From Fredinandcohnia onubensis (GTDB lineage: Bacteria > Bacillota > Bacilli > Bacillales > Bacillaceae_L): a DNA stretch of 64,000 nt. A program made the translations under genes and the position numbers. Numbering within the stretch: position 1 is the first letter of the stretch; each line of letters begins with the position of its first letter. Of this stretch, positions 20,748 through 30,313 are shown piece by piece. A model generated the notes under the pieces. The model saw nothing but the letters and a program-made list of their open reading frames with translations, did no database searches and had not been told where the DNA came from. The stretch covers positions 11,321 to 75,320 of the forward strand of contig JAPSKV010000013.1 in NCBI GenBank assembly GCA_031181385.1. Direction: 5' to 3'.

Positions 20748-21716
20748 CTATAATGGATGGTCCTTCTTTCCTTTTTGCTTGTTTCTTTTCCATAACAGAA
20801 GCGGAATCCAACTTAATAAAATGATCAGAAAGATAGATACGAGAGTTAAAATTACTGTATCCGTCATCAAGATTGAAGTGTAATCTCTAAAATCCATTTC
20901 CTTGGCAAAGACCTGATAAGGGTTATCGACATTATAGATGATAGGCATATCCTTTTTATATTTATTATAAGTATGCCACGTGACGCCTTTTACGACAAAA
21001 ATGGTGTCATGGTTCTTAGGTTTATACATCAAGGAGATGTAGTACTCACTTCTGTTGTACCTAGACGTTCTCCTTTCAAAACCGCGATCCGTTACAATCG
21101 CCATTGTTTCAGCATGATTCTTTCCAAAGTATTTCTTATACCCATTTTCAAATGCTGATTTTGTTTCAGTTGATAGAAAGAGAAGGAGAGCTATTATCAA
21201 GCCACCAAATAAGAGTACAGGAATCACAAAACCCGTAATTTTTTCAAGAAACAAGTGTCTTGAGATATTTGAAAGCAATTCCCTTATTGCATTAATTTTA
21301 CCTAGCCAATATAAAATATAGCCGATTGGATACAGACTAAAGACGGTTAACAAAATATAAAACCAGCGTATTTCATCTTTCAACAGTGTCTCCGTATAAA
21401 ACTTTCCGTCGACTTCATAACCGGGAATAGTATCTCCTACATCAATTTGGCCAAATAGATCCTGAGAAATCGTGATCATCGAATCATTATGTTTTGTAGG
21501 GATACTACTTTCAGGTAAAGCTCCGATTTGGACAGAAAACCTGGGGCCTTCCAATAGCCCATTCACTACATACTTTCGCCAAACCCTCTCTTCAACTAGA
21601 TTTTTCTCCGCTTTTTCAAGAAACTCCTGGTGCTCCTGAACGTTATCATAGATCGTATAACATATAAAAATAAATGCCGCAAATGCTACTATTTTTGGCC
21701 AACTTAATTCCTTCAT
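20748..21716 (-). CDS. Hypothetical membrane protein
   Basis: Long ORF with 4-5 TM segments; AAGGA RBS. Confidence 0.7.
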   Translation of the reverse strand: MKELSWPKIVAFAAFIFICYTIYDNVQEHQEFLEKAEKNLVEERVWRKYVVNGLLEGPRFSVQIGALPESSIPTKHNDSMITISQDLFGQIDVGDTIPGYEVDGKFYTETLLKDEIRWFYILLTVFSLYPIGYILYWLGKINAIRELLSNISRHLFLEKITGFVIPVLLFGGLIIALLLFLSTETKSAFENGYKKYFGKNHAETMAIVTDRGFERRTSRYNRSEYYISLMYKPKNHDTIFVVKGVTWHTYNKYKKDMPIIYNVDNPYQVFAKEMDFRDYTSILMTDTVILTLVSIFLIILLSWIPLLLWKRNKQKGKKDHPL

Positions 21717-21888
21717 AACTAAACATCCTTACATATCATTATTCTTTAAGTATATGAAACAAATTTAGAAATAAAAACAAGTCGAAAGTACTACTAAACT
21801 TTGAAAAATCGATTTAACCATTATGTAATGGAAGTTGAAATAGTTGTGTTAAAATGGAGTTAAGTTTTAGTGGAAGGATGGGGTTCTG

Positions 21889-22050
21889 GTGAGATGTGGT
21901 GCAAAATGCTTTCTTGTAGAAATTGAGGTAGACGGGAAAACACAAGTTCAGTCAGTTAACGCAAGAACACCTGCAGAAGCTCGAAAAAACATCCGAAAAG
22001 AATTAGGAACCGAAACTCAAATTCTAGCAGTTAAAGAAGAGAAGAAGTAA
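21889..22050 (+). CDS. Small protein below the ORF-track cutoff (53 aa)
   Basis: GTG..TAA, MRCGAKCFLVEIEVDGKTQVQSVNARTPAEARKNIRKELGTETQILAVKEEKK; GGAAGG/GGGG upstream. Confidence 0.6.
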   Translation: MRCGAKCFLVEIEVDGKTQVQSVNARTPAEARKNIRKELGTETQILAVKEEKK

Positions 22051-22114
22051 TGAAGCAGGGTGCTTTAAAAGTAACATAACTAAGATTCCAATATAAATAA
22101 AAGGGAGATCACGG

Positions 22115-22936
22115 TTGATGAGCCAATTAATTCGAGACCAATATCCACTCAAAGGAAAAAATGTACTTATTACTGGAGTTAGCCGTCGCCAAGGGATTGG
22201 GTATGCGATTGCCCGTCAAGTGGCTGCATGGGGAGCATCTGTTATAATTCATCATTTCCAGACTCATGATCAAGAACAATCATGGGGTGCGGATGATTTG
22301 AGTGAAGTACTTAAAGGTATCAAAGCTGAGCTAATCGAGGATGCATTTCTGTATGACATAAGCGGGGATTTTTTAGACCCTGAAGAACCAAAAAGGGTGA
22401 TGGATGAAATCCGTTATAATTGTGGCCATATAGATGCTGTTGTTTGCAATCATGCAATGAGTGGGAACGATGGCGCACTTGGTGAACTGACTGTAGAAAT
22501 GTTAGATAAACACTGGGCTGTTAATACACGTTCATCCATTCTACTCGCACAATATTTTGCAGCCCAACATAACTCTAAGTCAGGCAGAGGAAAAATTATA
22601 TTCATGACGTCGGGACAACGATTAGGTCCGATGCCAGGTGAAGTTGCGTATGTTGCTTCGAAGGGAGCGCTAGCTGACCTGACGCTTACACTATCAGATC
22701 AATTGGCTGATCAAAACATAACCGTGAATACCGTGAACCCAGGACCAGTTGATACGGGGTATATGACCGAGGAACTATGGGGAAATCTTAAACCCATGTT
22801 CCCATTTGGTAGAATTGGACACCCGGAAGACCCAGCGCGTCTTATTGCGTGGTTATTAACGGAAGAGGCTTCGTGGATTACCGGACAAATCATTAATACA
22901 GAAGGTGGCTTTGGCCGGTGGCGTCCTCATTCCTAA
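22115..22936 (+). CDS. SDR family oxidoreductase
   Basis: LITGVSRRQGIG, YVASK (YxxxK), NPGPVDTG, GQIINTEGG. Confidence 0.93.
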   Translation: MMSQLIRDQYPLKGKNVLITGVSRRQGIGYAIARQVAAWGASVIIHHFQTHDQEQSWGADDLSEVLKGIKAELIEDAFLYDISGDFLDPEEPKRVMDEIRYNCGHIDAVVCNHAMSGNDGALGELTVEMLDKHWAVNTRSSILLAQYFAAQHNSKSGRGKIIFMTSGQRLGPMPGEVAYVASKGALADLTLTLSDQLADQNITVNTVNPGPVDTGYMTEELWGNLKPMFPFGRIGHPEDPARLIAWLLTEEASWITGQIINTEGGFGRWRPHS

Positions 22937-22967
22937 TGGAGGAGTTTGAAACATTTCTGTACTCAAC

Positions 22968-23583
22968 AGATCGAAAAACGATAAATGCTATACCGCAAAT
23001 AGCATAAACGGTATAGCACCAGATCGAGAAACGATAAATGCTATACCGCAAATAGCATAAACGGTATAGCACCAGATCGAGAAACGATAAATGCTATACC
23101 GTAAACAGCATAAGCGGTATAGCTCCAGATTGAGAAACGATAAATGCTATACCGCAAACAGCATAAACGGTATAGCTCCAGATCGAGAAACGATAAATGC
23201 TATACCGCAAACAGCATAAACGGTATATCCATGTATCAAAAAACGATAAATGCTATACCGCAAATAGCATAATCGGTATATCCCTGTATCGAAAAACGAT
23301 AAATGCTATACCGCAAACAGCATAATCGGTATATCCCTGTATCGAAAAACGATAAGTGCTATACCGCAAACAGCATAAACGGTATAGCACCAGATCGAGA
23401 AACGATAAATGCTATACCGTAAACAGCATAAGCGGTATAGCTCCAGATTGAGAAACGATAAATGCTATACCGCAAACAGCATAAACGGTATAGCTCCAGA
23501 TCGAGAAACGATAAATGCTATACCGCAAACAGCATAAACGGTATATCACCAGATTGAGAAACGATAAATGCTATACCGCAAAT
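22968..23583. repeat. 53-bp tandem array, about 11.6 units, each with internal inverted repeats
   Basis: Units begin at 22968, 23021, 23074 ... 23551; consensus AGATCGAGAAACGATAAATGCTATACCGCAAAYAGCATAAACGGTATAGCWCC. Confidence 0.97.
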
Positions 23584-23719
23584 GAGTGTTCAAAATCCAA
23601 ACACCTATTTCAATTGAAAGGCACTCTTAAGTTAAGGGAGTTTTAGGAATAATGTCACGAACTGAAGAATAAACGTTATTATACAAGCCTTCCTAAATCT
23701 TCGTTAAGGTGCTGATGTT

Positions 23720-23899
23720 TTGAATAGGAATAAGAATATTAGTGTAGCAATTCTATTGCTGATTTTGATACTCGTTATCCTTATTGTCCATGTAATCCTT
23801 CATGTAAATGTGTATGTTGTATACAGCGCAAGTCTTGGTACGATTTTTATGATTGGCCTCATTATTTTACTCATTATTTTACTCATATTAAAAACGTAA
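23720..23899 (+). CDS. Very hydrophobic 59-aa protein
   Basis: TTG with AAGGTG RBS; two TM-like stretches; followed by hairpin GTGTTAATC..GATTAACAC plus T-run. Confidence 0.55.
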   Translation: MNRNKNISVAILLLILILVILIVHVILHVNVYVVYSASLGTIFMIGLIILLIILLILKT

Positions 23900-24008
23900 A
23901 CCGTCTAAACGTCTAAAGAGGTGTTAATCAAGCAGGATTAACACTTCTTTTTGTTGAACTTATTCTAGTAATACTACAGTTGTCATTTCTTACAAATAGG
24001 AGGTTTCT

Positions 24009-24296
24009 ATGGCATTTCTATTTTGGCCGTTTATGATTGTATCACTTATACTCTCCGTTATATCAATCTATAAAAATAAACCTTTATTACTCGTGATATC
24101 CGCAGTGCTTATCGTACCACTGTCACTCTATCTTGCAGCTACACCACGTTTTGAAATATGGGGACTCATATTTCCTTTGTTTAATGTTGGGGCTGCCGTG
24201 TCTCTAGCGAAAAAGATAATCTGGTTATCGGTTTTACTTATTGTTCCAAATTTCGTTCTTATTGGATGGATCGGATTTTCGGTAATGAATCAGTAA
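24009..24296 (+). CDS. Small membrane protein
   Basis: AGGAGG RBS; hydrophobic; YLAATPRF. Confidence 0.75.
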   Translation: MAFLFWPFMIVSLILSVISIYKNKPLLLVISAVLIVPLSLYLAATPRFEIWGLIFPLFNVGAAVSLAKKIIWLSVLLIVPNFVLIGWIGFSVMNQ

Positions 24297-24318
24297 AATT
24301 TTAGAGGAGTGTCTCAAC

Positions 24319-24996
24319 ATGGATATTAAATTAGTCATTTTACAAACAGATAGAATGGAAGAGATGAAGAAGTTCTATGTTGACCTTTTCGGATTTCCTT
24401 TAATTAAAGAAAATAACAATAGCTTTCGTATTAAAGTAGGTTCAAGCGAGTTGGAATTTACCACACAAAACGTAAAAGGGAATCCTTATTATCACTTTGC
24501 CTTTAATATTCCGTCTAACAAGTTTAGAGAAGCAAAGTCATGGGTCAAAGAGAGGGTGGAATTAAGTGTGGAGGATGGGGATGATGAAGCCTATTTTTCT
24601 TTATTTTCCGCACATGCCCTCTATTTTTACGATCCGGCTGGGAATATTGTAGAGTTTATTTCAAGGCAGGGCTCTGAAGAAGAAACAAAGCCATTCTCCA
24701 TAGTCAGTGTGATGAATATTAGTGAGATAGGACTTACAGTTAATGATGCGATTAATGCTGGCACTAGGTTAATAGAGATTGGTATTAATGAGAGGAACAA
24801 CAATCCACTTAGTCAAACATCACTAAATTTCATGGGAGATAAATCAAAAGGAATCTTCATAATTTTAAACCAACCTGGCAGAAGATGGATCTTTTCCGAT
24901 AAGATTTCAGCCACATTTCCACTTGAAATTTTAACAACAGATGGCAGTAAAATTGTGGTCAATTCTGAAAAACAGTTTCATGTGAACAAGGGTTGA
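24319..24996 (+). CDS. VOC family protein (ring-cleaving dioxygenase-like)
   Basis: YYHFAFNIPSNKF; LYFYDPAGNIVEFI. Confidence 0.85.
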   Translation: MDIKLVILQTDRMEEMKKFYVDLFGFPLIKENNNSFRIKVGSSELEFTTQNVKGNPYYHFAFNIPSNKFREAKSWVKERVELSVEDGDDEAYFSLFSAHALYFYDPAGNIVEFISRQGSEEETKPFSIVSVMNISEIGLTVNDAINAGTRLIEIGINERNNNPLSQTSLNFMGDKSKGIFIILNQPGRRWIFSDKISATFPLEILTTDGSKIVVNSEKQFHVNKG

Positions 24997-25048
24997 GTAA
25001 GAAAGCTACTATCTCGGTTGTTTTAACCACATTGGAAGGTGATTATAT

Positions 25049-25570
25049 ATGGAACAGGTTACATTAATCCGACCATCACTAGACTATCAATCTGAATATC
25101 TATCCTTCTACAATGAATGGAAAGAAAGTCAGGAAGATATGGTACCTTGGGTGATTAGTAAGGACCCATCAAATTTTCAAGAAATGCTTCAAGCTCTATT
25201 TGATTCTGAAAAAGGAGAAAATCTCCCTGAAAATTGGGTGCCTGACTCAACCTTTTGGTTAGTGGGCGAAAACAAAAGTGTAATCGGAGCAGTAAATATC
25301 CGCCATCAATTAACCGAAACGTTATTCAATAGTGGTGGTCATATTGGGTATGGAATCCGCCCCTCTGAACGACGTAAAGGATATGCAACGAAACTATTGG
25401 CATTATCTTTAGAAAAAGCGAAAGAACTTGGGATTCAGAAAGCCTTAGTTGTTTGTGATGAGGATAACATCGGTTCATTAAAAACAATAGTAAATAACGG
25501 TGGGGTACCTGATACGGATTTTACCGAGGAAGATGGTAATGTCATAAAAAGGTTTTGGATAGAAATTTAG
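25049..25570 (+). CDS. GNAT family N-acetyltransferase
   Basis: GGHIGYGIRPSERRKGYAT; NIGSLKTIVNNGG. Confidence 0.92.
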   Translation: MEQVTLIRPSLDYQSEYLSFYNEWKESQEDMVPWVISKDPSNFQEMLQALFDSEKGENLPENWVPDSTFWLVGENKSVIGAVNIRHQLTETLFNSGGHIGYGIRPSERRKGYATKLLALSLEKAKELGIQKALVVCDEDNIGSLKTIVNNGGVPDTDFTEEDGNVIKRFWIEI

Positions 25571-25703
25571 ATTCATTTGCTTAATGTTGAACTAGATAGT
25601 TTCTTTTACAACAGCATTAATTCTCCATGAATTAATGCTGTTTTTGTCTCAATTGTATTATACATCCGTTATGGTTAACACTAAATTCATAGTAAAAAAA
25701 CAC

Positions 25704-25754
25704 TTGACTATAAGGAAAAATTTTTGGTAAAGTTACAAACAGACCGGTTGGTAT
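25704..25754 (+). promoter_or_regulatory. sigmaA-like promoter and probable TetR operator
   Basis: TTGACT-N18-TAAAGT then imperfect palindrome AGACCGGTTGGTAT just before the tetR RBS. Confidence 0.4.
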
Positions 25755-25774
25755 GGTGGAGGTGTACTACGGGA

Positions 25775-26332
25775 ATGGATACAAAATCGCTGATCATTGA
25801 AATCGCGACAAAGCTTTTCCAGCAAAAAGGATATATAGGTGTTGGACTAAATGAAATATTAAAAGCATGCAATATTTCAAAAGGTTCGCTTTATCATCAT
25901 TTTCCAAATGGAAAAGAGGAATTACTTATTGCTTGCCTCCAAGAACTGAATGCAACGATTACTCAGGACATTGAGGAGATATTCGAACGATACCCGAACA
26001 CAAAAGAAGCTACCAACGCTATGATTGAGAAATTAATTGTTCATTTTGAAACGGAAGGAACGATTGTTGGTTACACGTTTAGCAGTATTGTCAGCGAAAT
26101 GGCTTCGCTAAGTGAACCAGTCCGCAATGCTTGCTCTCTTTTGTATAAAAAAATGCAACATATCTATTCAAACAAGCTAGTAGCAGATGGATTTTCGAGA
26201 GAAGCAGCGGATTCTATCGCCCTTGCGATGGTAGCGACTGTTGAAGGTGGAATGATGCTATGTTTAACACAAAAATCAAGCCATCCACTAACAACCATTT
26301 CTCAAGTTCTTCCAAAATTATTAAAAGAGTAA
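25775..26332 (+). CDS. TetR family regulator (LmrA/YxaF-like)
   Basis: LFQQKGYIGVGLNEIL..SKGSLYHHFPNGKEEL HTH; GGAGG RBS. Confidence 0.9.
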   Translation: MDTKSLIIEIATKLFQQKGYIGVGLNEILKACNISKGSLYHHFPNGKEELLIACLQELNATITQDIEEIFERYPNTKEATNAMIEKLIVHFETEGTIVGYTFSSIVSEMASLSEPVRNACSLLYKKMQHIYSNKLVADGFSREAADSIALAMVATVEGGMMLCLTQKSSHPLTTISQVLPKLLKE

Positions 26333-26373
26333 GTGTTATTCCCAAAAAAGAATAATATGGTTTTTGAAAAACG

Positions 26374-26432
26374 GCTAATTCCACTTTTTCATGAGCAGAG
26401 CTCAGGTAGAAGAGGGATTAGCTTTTATTTTG
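26374..26432 (+). terminator. Long hairpin plus U-tract between tetR and MFS gene
   Basis: 16-bp stem 26374-26389/26408-26423 (1 mismatch, 2 G-U), inner TGAGC/GCTCA stem, then TTTTATTTT. Confidence 0.6.
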
Positions 26433-26480
26433 CCAAAAATAGACTAAACTCAGGTCAAATCAAAGAAAAAGGAGATTTTT

Positions 26481-27941
26481 ATGAATACACAATTACAAGT
26501 CAAAAGTCCTAAGATGATGGCATTTATTTTAATGTTTGGTACCTTTATCGGATTATTTGGTGAAACAGCATTAAACATGGCATTAACAAATATTATGGGT
26601 GAATTTTCAGTTAAACCTGCTATTGCCCAATGGCTGACAACAGGATATCTATTAGTATTAGCGATACTAGTACCAATTTCTGCGCTGTTAATGAAATGGT
26701 TCTCTACGAGACAATTAGTAATCGGCGGATTAGTTATTTCACTTTTAGGAGCGGTATTGGCTGCTCTATCCCCAAATTTTGCAATTCTATTAGCTGGCCG
26801 TATCGTGCAAGCCATTGGAACGGGTGTTTTAATACCAGTGATGACGAGTGTTCTTTTAATTATTTTCCCTGTTCATAGACGTGGAGTTGTAATGGGGATT
26901 ATGGGACTTGTTATTACGTTAGGCCCTGCCTTAGGCCCAACACTTTCAGGGGTCATTATTAGTACATTAGGTTGGCCATATATTTTCTGGATTAGCACTA
27001 TTTTATATGCATTATTAACACTTCTTGCGTTAATTAAAATTGAAAATGTTTCGGAGATTACACGACCTAAAATTGATTATTCATCGGTTGCTTTATCATC
27101 AATTGGTTTTGGCGGATTAATTTACGCATTAGCATCGATGGCCGAAGCTCCTATCTCAGCGCCTATCGTTTGGGCACCCTTACTTGTTGGAATCATCGCG
27201 CTTCTATTATTTGGCGTTCGCCAAATGAAAATGGCTCAGCCTATGGTAAACTTACGTGTATTTAAGTACCCAATGTTTACTTTGGGAACAGCCACGATGT
27301 TTCTCGGGATTTTAATGATTTTAGCAGCGGGTATTCTCTTACCAATGTATCTAAAGGATGCTTTATTATATACTGCAGCTGTGGCAGGGTTATTATTACT
27401 TCCTGGTAATGCGGTCAATGTTGTAATGTCACCAATTGTTGGTAGTCTCTTTGACAAATTCGGACCACGTGTTTTCGTTATTATTGGTTCTATTGTTATT
27501 TTGATTGCAAATTTCATGTTTGCATCCGTCATATCAGCATCAACTCCTGGTTGGCAAATAATCGTTGCATTTATGCTTTTCTTCTTTGGGATCACAATGG
27601 TAATGATGCCATCACAAACAAATGCCCTAAATCAATTGCCACGTGAATTATATGCGGATGGTTCAGCTGCTATGAACACATTGAATCAAGTAGCTGGGGC
27701 TGCAGGTACAGCGATAGCAATTACGTTATTTACAGCTGGTCAAGGAAGCTATGTGGCAGAAGTTCCTGCTGCATCAGATCCGGAAATTTTAGCCGCAGGT
27801 GTAAAATATGCATTCTACTTTGTAACTGGAATTTCAGTTGTTACCTTAATTTTATCCTTATTTGTAAAAAGGGAATCCTCTGTAAAGGAAAATGCAATAT
27901 CAACAGTACAAGCAACAGAACCTGTGTCATTAAGAAATTAA
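26481..27941 (+). CDS. lmrB: DHA2 family MFS efflux pump, LmrB-like
   Basis: GETALNMAL, QWLTTGYLLVLAILVP, LGPALGPTLSG; 14-TM pattern; downstream of LmrA-like TetR. Confidence 0.8.
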   Translation: MNTQLQVKSPKMMAFILMFGTFIGLFGETALNMALTNIMGEFSVKPAIAQWLTTGYLLVLAILVPISALLMKWFSTRQLVIGGLVISLLGAVLAALSPNFAILLAGRIVQAIGTGVLIPVMTSVLLIIFPVHRRGVVMGIMGLVITLGPALGPTLSGVIISTLGWPYIFWISTILYALLTLLALIKIENVSEITRPKIDYSSVALSSIGFGGLIYALASMAEAPISAPIVWAPLLVGIIALLLFGVRQMKMAQPMVNLRVFKYPMFTLGTATMFLGILMILAAGILLPMYLKDALLYTAAVAGLLLLPGNAVNVVMSPIVGSLFDKFGPRVFVIIGSIVILIANFMFASVISASTPGWQIIVAFMLFFFGITMVMMPSQTNALNQLPRELYADGSAAMNTLNQVAGAAGTAIAITLFTAGQGSYVAEVPAASDPEILAAGVKYAFYFVTGISVVTLILSLFVKRESSVKENAISTVQATEPVSLRN

Positions 27942-28015
27942 TGAACTTTGTATAATTGGTAAAACAACCAAAAGAAAAGGCGCTAGTTTCCAGTTAGCGC
28001 CTTTTCTCAAGTTTT

Positions 28016-28852
28016 TTATTTTTTCACTAAGTCACTTATTTTCAGCTCAAACTCAGCATGGTCTCCAAGTGCATGTGGAACTTGAATACTTATGATAACA
28101 GCATCTTCAAGAAAGTATGAAAAAACGCCATAAGGGTTTTCTTCAGGATTTGGGTGATCTGCTTTCGTAACGGCCTCAATAAGCGTTGGTGAATCAAGCG
28201 TTTTGACGTATTCAACAATAGCAGCCTGTTTTTCCTGGTTTGGCTCCTTTGGATTTTGCCAATCAATGTAAGGTGCATTTTCTAATTTTTCAATGAAGCC
28301 TTCATCTATTACAAACATATCCGCTAGTCTTACTTTTTCTCCATTTGTCCAGTCAATAGTGGTGGTGAAAAAAAGGCTTGTAGGATACATCCCACCATTA
28401 TAGTCACCGGTATATCGAATACTAAAGGTATCAGAATCTGGGAATACAGCTTCATAATTCATTTCAAGTGGAGAATCACCACCTTGATATTGCTGTAGAA
28501 AAACAGTTGCGTCTTCTTTAATAAGTGTATTGATTTCCTGCTCTAGTTCCTTATCCTGCATTTTATTTAGCTGTGGATAATAAATTATAAGCTCCCCATC
28601 CTCATAAGTAGCTGTATCTATTTCAAAAGGTTCTGTAATTTTTTCTTCGCCTACTTGCTTCGATGGTGTTTCTTCTTCTTCATCTACTTCTGCCTCTTTT
28701 GTTGTTGCCTGATCATCCTCATCGACTTCTACTTGTTTTGGTGGTGTATTATTTTCATCCACCTGTTGTGATGGTCCTGTCTTCTCACTACTACAGCCTG
28801 CTAAAAATAGAGCACAAGCAAACACAACCAATAAAAGAATTTTATTCATTCG
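28016..28852 (-). CDS. Lipoprotein (DUF4163/RsiV-like C-terminus)
   Basis: Lipobox FLAGC after signal MNKILLLVVFA; acidic linker; VPHALGDHAEF. Confidence 0.7.
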   Translation of the reverse strand, partial: RMNKILLLVVFACALFLAGCSSEKTGPSQQVDENNTPPKQVEVDEDDQATTKEAEVDEEEETPSKQVGEEKITEPFEIDTATYEDGELIIYYPQLNKMQDKELEQEINTLIKEDATVFLQQYQGGDSPLEMNYEAVFPDSDTFSIRYTGDYNGGMYPTSLFFTTTIDWTNGEKVRLADMFVIDEGFIEKLENAPYIDWQNPKEPNQEKQAAIVEYVKTLDSPTLIEAVTKADHPNPEENPYGVFSYFLEDAVIISIQVPHALGDHAEFELKISDLVKK

Positions 28853-29031
28853 ACTCTCCCCTTGAAAAATATTCCAAATCATTACTTTCTATTTTATTAC
28901 AATCAATTATGGAAATGAATATCAGTTGACCAAATAAATCTAGGTTGTTATCATTTAATTATCGTTTAGTGAACTTTGTTTCTTATTAGAAAACATTATT
29001 GCATCATACGATTATAATAGAAGGTGATAAC

Positions 29032-30129
29032 ATGAATTTACAGACAGATGTTTGTATTGTGGGCGGAGGTCCTGCAGGTGCTCTACTTGGCTTTTTAATG
29101 GCGAAGAAGGGTCTATCAACCATTGTCGTTGAGCGTACTTCTGGAAATGAACGTGAATTTAGAGGTGAACATATCAACGCAGAAACCGAAGCTATATTAA
29201 AAGAACATCAACTTTTCGATAAAATAGAAGCACTTGGATTATTAAAGATGAAGAAAGTTGAATATATCTATGGTATTCATATTGTCAAAACAATCACTCC
29301 AACACTTGAAGATCACGTTGGAATTCATATACCACAGCCGCATTTTTTAACAGCTGTTTCTAACGAAGCAGCACAGTTCCCAAACTTTCAGTTGCTTGTA
29401 AACACAACTGTTACGGGGTTAGTTCAGGATGATCAAGGACACTATACTGGTGTAAAAGCGAAACAAAATGGACAAGAAATCAACATTGCGAGTAAAATCG
29501 TTGTGGGAACGGATGGCCGTTATTCAACTGTTCGAAAACTTGCGGGTATTGCGGCTTCTGAGGAATCACATGGATATGATGTGCTTTGGGCTAAAATTCC
29601 AGCACCTGCTGATTGGGAGCCTTCAACAAAAATGGTTCTTGCTAATGGACATCAACTTGCGTTGTTTACACAAACAGGTGGGACGATTCAAATAGGCTGG
29701 AACATTGAAGAAGGTACATTCAATTCTTTACGAAAGCAACCGCTAGAGCCATTTCTGGAGCCACTATTAACGAGCTTTCCAGAATTAGAGACAACCGTAA
29801 GGGAACATATTCAATCGTGGAAAAACTTCGTCTGCTTAAAAGTGTTTAGTTCAAATGCAGCCACTTGGGTAAAAAATGGCCTCATCATCCTTGGAGATGC
29901 AGCCCATACAATGACACCAACGGCTGCAATTGGTATTAACTGTGCGATTAAAGATGCACATGTTTTGGCACCCATCCTCGAACAATCATTAAATGAAGGC
30001 GATCTTAGTGAATCAAGATTAAAAGAATTCGAGATTGCAAGACGAGTGGAAATCGAACAACAACAAGAAATGCAATTTGAAAAAGAAGAGTCATTCAAAG
30101 ACAATTTCTTAGAGGTTGTTGGAAGCTAA
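29032..30129 (+). CDS. FAD-dependent monooxygenase (UbiH-like)
   Basis: VCIVGGGPAG, VGTDGRYSTVR, ILGDAAHTMTP. Confidence 0.9.
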   Translation: MNLQTDVCIVGGGPAGALLGFLMAKKGLSTIVVERTSGNEREFRGEHINAETEAILKEHQLFDKIEALGLLKMKKVEYIYGIHIVKTITPTLEDHVGIHIPQPHFLTAVSNEAAQFPNFQLLVNTTVTGLVQDDQGHYTGVKAKQNGQEINIASKIVVGTDGRYSTVRKLAGIAASEESHGYDVLWAKIPAPADWEPSTKMVLANGHQLALFTQTGGTIQIGWNIEEGTFNSLRKQPLEPFLEPLLTSFPELETTVREHIQSWKNFVCLKVFSSNAATWVKNGLIILGDAAHTMTPTAAIGINCAIKDAHVLAPILEQSLNEGDLSESRLKEFEIARRVEIEQQQEMQFEKEESFKDNFLEVVGS

Positions 30130-30313
30130 GCATGCAGTAGCATAACGCTGCATGCTTTTTTGATGCCGAAAAATGGCCTTTAAAAGTACAGTGCTTTTTC
30201 CCAGTAACGTTTTAAATAAAAGAAAGGATTTTCTCTGTTTCATAACGAATAAAACATATAAATAGGTAATATGTTGGAAATTAACGTTTTTGAAAAATAT
30301 CAGGGGGAACAAG

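Noticed and set aside
20733-20770. Extra REP copy (GACCGTCC)
   Set aside because: Lacks the full GGACGGTTCT core; explained as a terminator hairpin between convergent genes
22968-23583. CRISPR array
   Set aside because: Palindromic repeats, but the whole 53-bp unit repeats with only point variants; no unique spacers and no cas genes in the window
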